From Macrostomum lignano (Eukaryota): a stretch of 64,000 bases of DNA. Under the pieces are notes generated by a model, which saw only the letters and a list, made by a program, of their open reading frames with translations, was not told the origin of the DNA and did no database searches. Of this stretch, positions 14,096-31,835 are shown piece after piece. The stretch spans positions 468,863 to 532,862 of the forward strand of contig NIVC01000083.1 of NCBI GenBank assembly GCA_002269645.1. The letters are read 5' to 3'. Every line of letters begins with the position of its first letter. Position 1 is the stretch's first letter. A program made the translations under genes and the position numbers.

Positions 14096-14556
14096 AACAG
14101 GAAGAGTAAAAGGAAAATGGGAGATTATCAGCAGGTTAATTCAGAGGATTGAAACATCGACAGCTAAGCCTAGAAACTAAAGAGCTAGACTGAGAGCTCC
14201 AGTGGAGAGACAGATGCAAAATGTCCAACGAAAGAGAATGCAATCAAGGCTGTCTTGTGCAATAAAAACGCAAACAGACAGACAGACAGACCAATGTTAT
14301 TCCCGGGCCATCAACTCTTAACTGATTAGACAGAAGTGACAGCCGAACAGTTCAAGAAATGAGGACCGGAATGGGGATTAAGAAAAAAAGCAATTTGCCC
14401 TTTCTCAGAGCCTCGGGCTTCGTCCCGCTAAGAGCTGAAATCCTCAAATTCCAAGAAAATCCCCTATTCGATTCGACAAGTGGGACAGAGATGGACTCGA
14501 AGGGTTGCACTGGGTGAACTGGGTTGTAAAGTTTCCAAAGTTCAAGTGAGTGACGC

Positions 14557-15640
14557 AGGCGCCAAAGTGAGTGATACAGAGGGCGCCAAAGTGAGTGATA
14601 CAGAGGGCGCCAAAGTGAGTGATACAGAGGGCGCCAAAGTGAGTGATACAGAGGGCGCCAAAGTGAGTGATACAGAGGGCGCCAAAGTGAGTGATACAGA
14701 GGGCGCCAAAAGTGAGTGATACAGGCGCCAAAGTGAGTGATACAGAGGGCGCCAAAGTGAGTGATACAGAGGCCGCCAAAAGTGAGTGATACAGGTGCCA
14801 AAGTGAGTGATACAGAGGGCGCCAAAAGTGAGTGATACAGGCGCCAAAGTGAGTGATACAGAGGGCGCCAAAGTGAGTGATACAGAGGGCGCCAAAAGTG
14901 AGTGATACAGAGGGCGCCAAAGTGAGTGATACAGAGGGCGCCAAAAGTGAGTGATACAGAGGGCGCCAAAGTGAGTGATACAGGCGCCAAAGTGAGTGAT
15001 ACAGAGGGCGCCAAAGTGAGTGATACAGGCGCCAAAGTGAGTGATACAGAGGGCGCCAAAGTGAGTGATACAGAGGGCGCCAAAAGTGAGTGATACAGGC
15101 GCCAAAGTGAGTGATACAGAGGGCGCCAAAAGTGAGTGATACAGGCGCCAAAGTGAGTGATACAGAGGGCGCCAAAGTGAGTGATACAGAGGGCGCCAAA
15201 AGTGAGTGATACAGAGGGCGCCCAAGTGAGTGATACAGAGGGCGCCAAAGTGAGTGATACAGAGGGCGCCAAAAGTGAGTGATACAGGCGCCAAAGTGAG
15301 TGATACAGAGGGCGCCAAAAGTGAGTGATACAGGCGCCAAAGTGAGTGATACAGAGGGCGCCAAAGTGAGTGATACAGAGGGCGCCAAAAGTGAGTGATA
15401 CAGAGGGCGCCAAAGTGAGTGATACAGAGGGCGCCAAAGTGAGTGATACAGAGGGCGCCAAAAGTGAGTGATACAAGCGCCAAATTGAGTGATACAGAGG
15501 GCGCCATAGTGAGTGATACAGAGGGCGCCAAATTGAGTGATACAGAGGGTGCCAAAGTGAGTGATACAGAGGGCGCCAAAAGTGAGTGATACAGGCGCCA
15601 AAGTGAGTGATACAGAGGGCGCCAAAGTGAGTGATACAGC
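14557..15640. repeat. 24-bp minisatellite (21-25 bp variants)
   Basis: Unit gggcgccaaagtgagtgatacaga. Confidence 0.97.
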
Positions 15641-15912
15641 ATTTCCGCGCCAGACACTTGGCTCTAAAACTCCGTGATTGGTGGGTGCACGACTGCAGCA
15701 AGAGGTCCAATAGTAAATGTGTCGCGTTTAGCAACAGAAGAAGATAAATTATAGAATCTGCAGCAGTCTTCTTCAACCTCGACACGGGACTGAAAAGCAA
15801 AAAAACGTAGAATTTACAGTTTTGGAAATTTGCTTGAGGAGAGAAAGACAGCCGGAAAGCGACGGAGTAAGCGAGATACTGCCGAGTCAAACCGAACTAA
15901 AAGTACACAAGC

Positions 15913-23834
<7,922 letters not shown>

Positions 23835-24130
23835 TGCGCAAACAAACGACTGCTACTAGGCCAGTTTTACGAAAAATATCGTCGTTGTTTTTGTTGTTAA
23901 ACGGAGGTGGGAAGCCGGGGCTACCCGCGGATCAGCCCTGGGAGGGGCTCTGCCGCCGAGGGGCACTTCCAGGGGCATAAAGCCCGAGATACCCCGAGGT
24001 TGGACCCTGACGTCTGGGCCAGGCGGGAGCTACTAACCCAAGCCTTATGGACTAAGACACCGCCAACCCAATATTAGTGGAATCAGGGACGGTGCAAGGA
24101 CCGAGTCCAGCCAGGCCACCACCCGGGTCT

Positions 24131-24311
24131 ACGAGAATTTCCCGCAGGAATTTTTCCCGCCGAGCTTTCCCCGCACGAGTTTTTCCCGCGACGAAAATTT
24201 GCCGCAGGAGCTTTCCCCGCACGAGATTCTCCCGCAGCGAGTTTTTACCGCAGCGAGAGTTTCCCGCAAGAAATTTCTCATGATTGCCTGTTACGTTAAG
24301 AAAGAAATTAT

Positions 24312-24373
<62 letters not shown>

Positions 24374-24472
24374 GGTAGGAAGGTAAACAGGCAATCACGA
24401 GAAATTTCTTGCGGGAAAATCTTTCTGCTGGAAAAAGTCTGTGCGGGGAAATTTCCTGCGGGAAATTCTCGT
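24131..24472. mobile_element. Foldback/MITE-like element with long imperfect inverted repeats around a short (GACA)n
   Basis: Left arm acgagaatttcccgcaggaa...cccgcaagaaatttctcatgattgcctgtt; right arm aacaggcaatcacgagaaatttcttgcggg...ttcctgcgggaaattctcgt. No clear TSD. Confidence 0.7.
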
Positions 24473-25029
24473 GCTCCCCCACCACCCAGCAGACAGATCC
24501 CGGGAGTGCTCGAAAAAATAATTAGAATGAAAAATGTTTGGGTTACTACTGAAAGCGGTCCGAGAGCAGGGAATATCCTGAAGTATACGGAAATGGCTTA
24601 ATATTGGAGTGAGTCTGGAAGGCTTGTTTCCGAGGGCGAGTCTCCTATCAAGAGGTAAAAGCTACTAAAACCCTCTTATAGGGCTGCAAGCCACAAGGGT
24701 GTCACCTATCCAGCTCTATATTGGAGGCCAGGCCAAGGGGGCGGAGAGGGGCACAAGGGGCAAGAGGAAACCGGACTCTGCCGGTTTTCCCCGATTCGGG
24801 ACGAACAACCAACCCAGGACTCCAATCCACTGTCAGAGATGAGAGCCAAGACACAATAGGCGGGGAGACAACCAGAGGAGCCAGCAGATGGACCAAGGCA
24901 GGCAAGATGGACCGGGCAGGTAGGGCAGAGCTCAAAACTCCAAGATTGGAATGGCAATCTAATGGCCGGGTAAACACAAAGGGATAAAAACACTGGGATG
25001 CCAGCCCAGATAAAAACACACAGGAAATG

Positions 25030-25715
25030 GGATACGTGTGGGATCACAACAAGATTGGATCCGTGTGGGATCACAACAAGATGGGATCAGTGTGGGATCA
25101 CAACAGGAGATGGGATCAGTGTGGGATCACAGCAGGAGATGGGATCAGTGTGGGATCATAACAGGAGATGGGATCAGTGTGGGATCACAGCAGGAGATGG
25201 GATCAGTGTGGGATCATAACAGGAGATGGGATCAGTGTGGGATCACAACAGGAGATGGGATCAGTGTGGGATCATAACAGGAGATGGGATCAGTGTGGGA
25301 TCATAACAGAAGATGGGATCAGTGTGGGATCATAACAGGAGATGGGATCAGTGTGGGATCATAACAGGAGATGGGATCAGTGTGGGATCATAACAGGAGA
25401 TGGGATCAGTGTGGGATCACAAGGGGAGAGGATCAGTGTGGGATCACAAGGGGAGAGGATCAGTGTGGGATCACAAGGGGAGAGGATCAGTGTGGGATCA
25501 CAAGGGGAGAGGATCAGTGTGGGATCACAAGGGGAGAGGATCAGTGTGGGATCACAAGGGGAGAGGATCAGTGTGGGATCACAAGGGGAGAGGATCAGTG
25601 TGGGATCACAAGGGGAGAGGATCAGTGTGGGATCACAAGGGGAGAGGATCAGTGTGGGATCACAAGGGGAGAGGATCAGTGTGGGATCACAAGGGGAGAG
25701 GATCAGTGTGGGATC
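25030..25715. repeat. Compound minisatellite: 29-bp units then 27-bp units
   Basis: gggatcagtgtgggatcacaacaggagat changes to gagaggatcagtgtgggatcacaaggg. Confidence 0.96.
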
Positions 25716-26486
25716 GTATTATCACTATTTTTTGTTACAAATTTTACGGCTCTTGAATTTTCAATGAAACAAATACAAACTATTTTCCTGAATTCTACTT
25801 TGGTCAGTAGTATAATTAAGATTTTTTAAAGAATTTTTAAATTACTGTAAAGTTTGTGTGAAATCAAAACAGAATTCGATCATTTGTATCGTAAAAATTG
25901 CCATAAATTATCAAGTTAGCTTCAAGCATTATTTTGCGCACAAATGTTCCGCAAATCAATGTGTACTTTTATTGCTGAACATTTCCTAGAACTTATAAGC
26001 TTATGGGTCCAGTCAAAGGTTTATACTTCAAAGTATGCAGTTCTTCAGAGGTTGCTAGTACAGGCCAAGAGGCCCCAATTCACCTGAAATTTATGGCTGT
26101 CATAAAATCTGATTACCTTAACCTAGTACAACCGAGGCAGATTAGTCAAAGTGATTAGATTCCAAAAAAATATGAATCATTTCTGCCGCGACTGCAGATA
26201 AGAAAAGATTTACTTGCCCCAGTAGTGTGCCCGGATCGAGTTCTTGTCCGGGAACTTTCGGGGTTAGGGTTAATAACCCTTTTGTGTGGCATAAAACTAT
26301 AAAATAGATCATATGGGAGACCCCGGCCACTTCAGATTAGCTGGTACTAGAAAAATTGTGATTTTTTATGACGATAACAATGTTTAGCATTTTTTAAATT
26401 AACCGAATAAATACCTGAGTGGATTTTGTAGGGCATCTAGCTCTGTAAGCTTATTTAATCCATTCATGGGAATTCTTGGGCAAAAG

Positions 26487-26785
26487 GGGGTTGTAGCCCA
26501 GTGGTCAGAGCATCGGACTCACGACTTGAAGGCCGGGAGTTCGATTCTTAATCCACTCGGAACAATTTTAGTCCCTAAGCAAGACACTTAACTCTGCATT
26601 GCTTCAGTTCACCCAGCTGTAAAATGGGTGCCAGCATTAGCTGGGGTAATTGAGGGTGTGTGTGGCGACCCCCCCCTGTCCTTGGACTGAACAGCCGTAC
26701 GCAGCCTTCAGATGCGCCGCGCAATAGCTGCGGCTGAGCGCGGTGTGGTTGCACATCTGGCCTTTAGGGCAGGTGTGCTAAAAAA
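26487..26785 (+). mobile_element. tRNA-derived SINE family B with a CORE-like central domain
   Basis: A box TAGCCCAGTGG, B box AGTTCGATTC, then GCAAGACACTTAACTCTGCATTGCTTCAGTTCACCCAGCTGTAAAATGGG, resembling the MIR/CORE block. Second copy at 58739-59020. Confidence 0.88.
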
Positions 26786-26859
26786 TTGGGAGGTGAGATT
26801 TTTAAAGTTGAGACTTTCATATGTTAGACTCTTAATGATGAGACTTAGAGGAGTAAGAT

Positions 26860-27275
26860 TCTCGGTGAGATTCTCGGGGGTGAAGCTGATGGGTGAGATT
26901 CTCAAAGACCGGATATTCTAATGGGTGAGATGCTCAAGGACCGGATATCCTAATGGGTGAGATTCTCAAGGACTGGATATTCTAATGGGTGAGATTCTCA
27001 AGGACTGGATATTCTAATGGGTGAGATTCTCAAGGACCGGATATTCTAATGGGTCAGATTCTCAAGGACAGGATATCCTAATGGGTGAGATGCTCAAGGA
27101 CTGGATATCCTAATGGGTGAGATTCTCAAGGACTGGATATTCTAATGGGTGAGATTCTCAAGGACCGGATATTCTAATGGGTCAGATTCTCAAGGACAGG
27201 ATATTCTAATGGGTGAGATTCTCAAGGACAGGATATTCTAATGGGTGAGATTCTCAAGGACAGGATATTCTAATA
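26860..27275. repeat. 32-bp minisatellite
   Basis: Unit tgggtgagattctcaaggaccggatattctaa. Confidence 0.95.
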
Positions 27276-27653
27276 GGTGAAATTTTCAGGTGTGAAATTG
27301 TCAAAAGGACGAGCTTTCTACCATAAGAGTTTTCAATTAGAAAATCTCTTAAGGACAAATATAAAAATCTGAAGGCTGCAATAGCCTCAGTGTGCTCAGC
27401 GCAGTGCTCAAATCCCAACTCCCAACAGATTAAAGAGCTCATTAGGGTCCAATAAATTATTAACTCAAGAACCCACGCAGCCGTGAAGGTGTTCCACTGA
27501 GAGCTTCAATTGTCGCCTCGCCACAAAAAATCCTAGGCCTGCGTTAGCAACCGCGGGTTGCTATGGGGAAAATTTAGAGTTTGGAAAATTAACAATTTAA
27601 ACACTGCTTGATGGTAAACTCAACGTTGCCGAAAGTTGTCTGCTGGGTTCAAC

Positions 27654-28334
27654 ATGCAAGCGTTGGCATTCGCAGATCGGCTGTTAATCCTGCTATTGAT
27701 CCGCGGCAGTTGCTACCCAGTTGCATCTGCTCAAACAGCCAGTGAGCAGCCGGCAGTTATTAATGCCACATCACAGTCTCCAAGCAACGACAATGCAACT
27801 GCGACAGCTGAAATCGGTTCAACAACTCACGCCTCGAACTGGTCAACCGACGCCACCGAATCTGCTTCAGTGACAGCGGCTACCAGCACTGCAAATTCGG
27901 CAACAACTGCAGGCGGTGCTGCAGACAGCGGCGTCCCAGCAGCCGATGATGATCGAATCCTGGGGATGCCGATCCCCGTGTTCGCCACCGTGGTCAGCTT
28001 CTTCGGCACTCCGCTGGTCTTCATCCTGCTTTGCGGCGGTGTCGCCGCCTGCAAGTCGCTGTCGTGTCGTCGAAGCGCCGACCAGCGTGGCGGCAAAGTG
28101 GCGCCGAGCGCCGACAGTCTGGAGGCTTCGTCGGATTCCTTCGGCGGTCAGCACGAGCTGCGCGAGTTTCCAGTTGCCCCACCCGAAGGCAAGTCTTGGC
28201 AGCAGAAGGATGTGAAGGAGGAGGAGGCTGAGCCGCCGCCGATGAAGGCTCCAAGGAAGCTGGACGAGCAAACGCCACAGCAGCAGAAGTTGCGAAACCC
28301 GTACCTTGAGCAGTTGGGCCAGATGCTCAAGTAA
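27654..28334 (+). CDS. Single-exon mucin-like type I membrane protein, 226 aa, no recognised family
   Basis: ATG in aacATG context; signal peptide (LLILLLIRGSCYPVASA); S/T/A-rich ectodomain with NAT, NAT and NWS sequons; TM helix IPVFATVVSFFGTPLVFILLCGGVAAC; charged tail; GC-rich codon usage like neighbouring exons. Confidence 0.85.
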   Translation: MQALAFADRLLILLLIRGSCYPVASAQTASEQPAVINATSQSPSNDNATATAEIGSTTHASNWSTDATESASVTAATSTANSATTAGGAADSGVPAADDDRILGMPIPVFATVVSFFGTPLVFILLCGGVAACKSLSCRRSADQRGGKVAPSADSLEASSDSFGGQHELREFPVAPPEGKSWQQKDVKEEEAEPPPMKAPRKLDEQTPQQQKLRNPYLEQLGQMLK

Positions 28335-28479
28335 AAAATGCCTGTTTAAACTGAGCTTCAGTCAAGCAACTGAATTTTTACTTGTTGCTAATCCGCTTTT
28401 TAAAAAGAGCAATTGCGTTCTGCAATGTTTTTTATGACCGTTTTTTGACGGAAACACAAAATTACTGTGAATTTTAGCG

Positions 28480-29427
28480 ATTATCCTTCCTGAAAATTGT
28501 GTTTATCTTTCCTGAAGAGTGTGAATATCCTTCCTGAAAATTGTGTTTATCTTTCCTGAAGAGTGTGATTATGCTTCCTGAAGAGTGTGACTATTCATCC
28601 TGAAGAGTGTGATTATGCTTCCTGAAGAGTGTGACTATTCATCCTGAAGAGTGTGACTATCCTTCCTGAAGAGTGTGACTATCCTTCCTGAAGAGTGTGA
28701 TTATGCTTCCTGAAGAGTGTGACTATTCATCCTGAAGAGTGTGATTATCCTTCCTGAAGAGTGTGATTATCCTTCCTGAAGAGTGTGATTATGCTTCCTG
28801 AAGAGTGTGACTATTCATCCTGAAGAGTGTGATTATGCTTCCTGAAGAGTGTGACTATTCATCCTGAAGAGTGTGATTATCCTTCCTGAAGAGTGTGACT
28901 ATCCTTCCTGAAGAGTGTGACTATCCTTCCTGAAGAGTGTGATTATGCTTCCTGAAGAGTGTGACTATTCATCCTGAAGAGTGTGATTATGCTTCCTGAA
29001 GAGTGTGACTATTCATCCTGAAGAGTGTGATTATGCTTCCTGAAGAGTGTGACTATTCATCCTGAAGAGTGTGATTATGCTTCCTGAAGAGTGTGATTAT
29101 GCTTCCTGAATAATGTGACTATCCTTCCTGAGGAGTGTGACTATCCTTCCTGAAGAGTGTGATTATGCTTCCTGAAGAGTGTGACTATTCATCCTGAAGA
29201 GTGTGATTATGCTTCCTGAAGAGTGTGACTATTCATCCTGAAGAGTGTGATTATGCTTCCTGAAGAGTGTGATTATGCTTCCTGAATAATGTGACTATCC
29301 TTCCTGAAGAGTGTGATTATGCTTCCTGAAGAGTGTGACTATTCATCCTGAAGAGTGTGACTATCCTTCCTGAAGAGTGTGACTATTCATCCTGAAGAGT
29401 GTGATTATCCTTCCTGAAGAGTGTGAT
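28480..29427. repeat. 22-bp minisatellite with alternating variants (44-bp higher order)
   Basis: ctgaagagtgtgattatgcttc alternating with ctgaagagtgtgactattcatc. Confidence 0.96.
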
Positions 29428-29914
29428 GATCATACCCTGATGAAAATGGTCATTAATGATTTAAAAATGAAAGTGACTTTATTTCCTGAAAAAGTTCAGA
29501 TCTTTTCAAAATAGTTTTACTGTCTGGAAAGGAGTACCTTTGCTCCCAAAGATTTTTGTTTAAGTTGAATGTCAATCTGAAAGTAACTAAATTCTTGTTA
29601 ACTAAATTTAGACTATAATTTTGCTCTCAAACTAATTTTGTTCTCTTAATTGTTTATTACTTTAACACCTGAATAACTAGCTCGTATAGCTGTTACCTGC
29701 ATGTAAAATTTTCAATTCTAAAATATTTCTAGTTACATAAATAACTCTTTTATATATTACTACTATTTCCATATAAGTACTTTTGCTTCGAGCCTAACGA
29801 AAACAATGATAAAGAGATACTATCTTTTATACTATATAACCGATTTCATCTCTGGATCCAGGCTTATTCCAAGTAGCACTCCATACTCGGCCTTAGGTAC
29901 AGAATCTATAAACC

Positions 29915-30190
29915 ATGCAGTTGCCTAGCAACCGTGATATTTACCATAGATACGATTCTACAAGCTATTCAGTTGCATAGCAACCGTGGTATTTACCTTA
30001 GATACCGAATCTTCAAACTACGCAATGGCATGCATAGCAACCGTGATATTTACCCTAGATACCTAATTTTTAAACTACGCAGTTGCATAGCAACCGTGAT
30101 ATTTACCCCTAATTTTTAAGCTACGCAGTTGCATAGCAACCGTGATATTTACCATAGATACCGGATCTAAATTTCTGGTTGCATAACAAC
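29915..30190. repeat. About 46-56-bp degenerate repeat, 6 units, each with an X-box-like palindrome GTTGC-N3-GCAAC
   Basis: GTTGCCTAGCAAC at 29920; GTTGCATAGCAAC at 29972, 30082 and 30128; degenerate copies near 30028 and 30178. Confidence 0.85.
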
Positions 30191-30899
30191 GCTATACATA
30201 AGCTACATTTAATAGTACAGAATTAGAATTCAACAATTGGATCGTACGCGTTCTTAGAAAATCTCGTCTACATTTTTACCGATGCAACAAGATGAAGCGG
30301 TGTGCCCTACATTACAAGAGGCTGGACAGACGCAACTTGAACTTAAGCCTAGCAACTATGGGCTGCAATCCATTGAACAGGCAGTCAGTACATTTTCCTT
30401 AGTACAGTAAGCTGGAAAGATAAATTACCCTGAGGAATCAGATGTGACAGCTGCGCGTGTGAGTGTGCAGTGCCCGCAGTTTCTGCACCAATAAATTCCG
30501 GACCGCGCATCTCCAAGGGCCCGAGACACCCGATTTACAACTGTCGGAGCCTCGATAATGTAATAAGCAGAGAAGATTATTTTGCAAAGTAAAACTTTGT
30601 TGGCGGAACGGAAAAGGCTTTAGTATAAAAGTCAAAGGTTGACCTCTCTGTTCGAGGAGCCTCTAAGATGGCGCGGTATAACAAAGGATCCCATAAATCT
30701 GATGCTTTTCTGGGTCGAACAAAATTTACAATGGCAAAAAAAGCAGCGGTAAGCCGAGGTAGCGATTTACCAACTAAAAGAGAGAATGCTTAGCTAATGC
30801 TACTATAGAAAATGCAACAGGGAATGACTGGATGAGGAGTTGCAAGCATATTTGAACCTAAGAGAACTTCTAAGCTTTTATGGAGGTAAAAGTAAAGGA

Positions 30900-31302
30900 G
30901 AGAACGTAAAAGAGAGAGAAGATGAGAAAAGAGAAGGAAGAGGGGTAAAAGGAGATTGGGAGCGGAGAGGGGAGATAGGAGAGAGAAGAGAGGAGAAAGA
31001 AGAGAGAGAGAGAGAGAAGATGGAGGAAAAACGAGAGAGGAGAGAAAAGAGAAGAGAGGAGAGAGAGGAGAGAGAGGAGAGAGAGGAGAGAGAGAGGAGA
31101 GAAAAGAGAAGAGAGTGGAGAGAGAGAGGAGAGAAGAGAGGAGAGAGATGAGAGGAAAGAGAGAGATGAGAGGAAAGAGAGAGAGGGGGAGAGGAGAGAG
31201 GAGAGAGAGGAGAGAGAGGAGAGAGAGAGGAGAGAGAGGAGAGAGAGGAGAGAGAGGAGAGAAAAGAGAAGAGAGTGGAGAGAGAGAGAGAGAGAGAGGA
31301 GG
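30900..31302. repeat. GA-rich low-complexity repeat at the 3' flank of the Penelope-like element
   Basis: (GAGAGAG/GAGAG)n with gagatgagagga units. Confidence 0.95.
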
Positions 31303-31373
31303 GCGCCTCCAATCTCGGGCACTGACACGGTAGAAAGTCAGAAAGGACTGAAAAAAGTCAATTTAAATTGAGT

Positions 31374-31410
31374 AGCCGATATTTCGAAATTAAATTTCTT
31401 CGTCAGGGCT
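31374..31410 (-). ncRNA. Minimal type I hammerhead ribozyme in the Penelope 3' region
   Basis: Minus strand reads AGCC-CUGACGA-A-GAAAU(UUA)AUUUC-GAAA-UAUC-GGCU: core boxes, a 5-bp stem II, a palindromic minimal stem III, an AUC cleavage triplet and a 4-bp stem I. Confidence 0.75.
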
Positions 31411-31835
31411 GTAAGCGAGTGAAGTTTATTTGACGCGAATTGCCATCAATATATAAAGGCGATATCGCCAGGGAGAGACGATCGATAAATTGATGTGCTC
31501 AAGCACTTAAAACAGTACGCATGGTCAGTACATAAAAACGAGTCCGAGACTATGAGAAAAGCGGGGGGTGGCTAAAACTCCACAAGTGGGCCTAGACGAC
31601 CTTTGAGTGTAGAATAAAAATTGTAAAAATAAATGGCAAAATAAATAGACAAGGTAAATAAAAATTATTATCAAATGCTCAGAGCAAAAAATGCAGGTGC
31701 ACCGTACACAGTGTCAGAAAAATGAATAAAAAGCAGAGAATAAATAATCTGAATAAATCAAAATAAAGTCAATGAAAAAATCACAGAGGGGAAAAATAGC
31801 AGTAAAAGAGCCTTTGCACAGGCGTCAAAAGGGGC

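Noticed and set aside
26487-26560. Possible tRNA genes here, at 58739 and at 36130-36198
   Set aside because: The acceptor stems do not pair and each continues into a shared SINE body, so these are SINE heads.
29915-30190. CRISPR-like look (conserved repeat with variable spacers)
   Set aside because: The spacers are related to each other and vary in length, there are no cas genes, and the context is eukaryotic.
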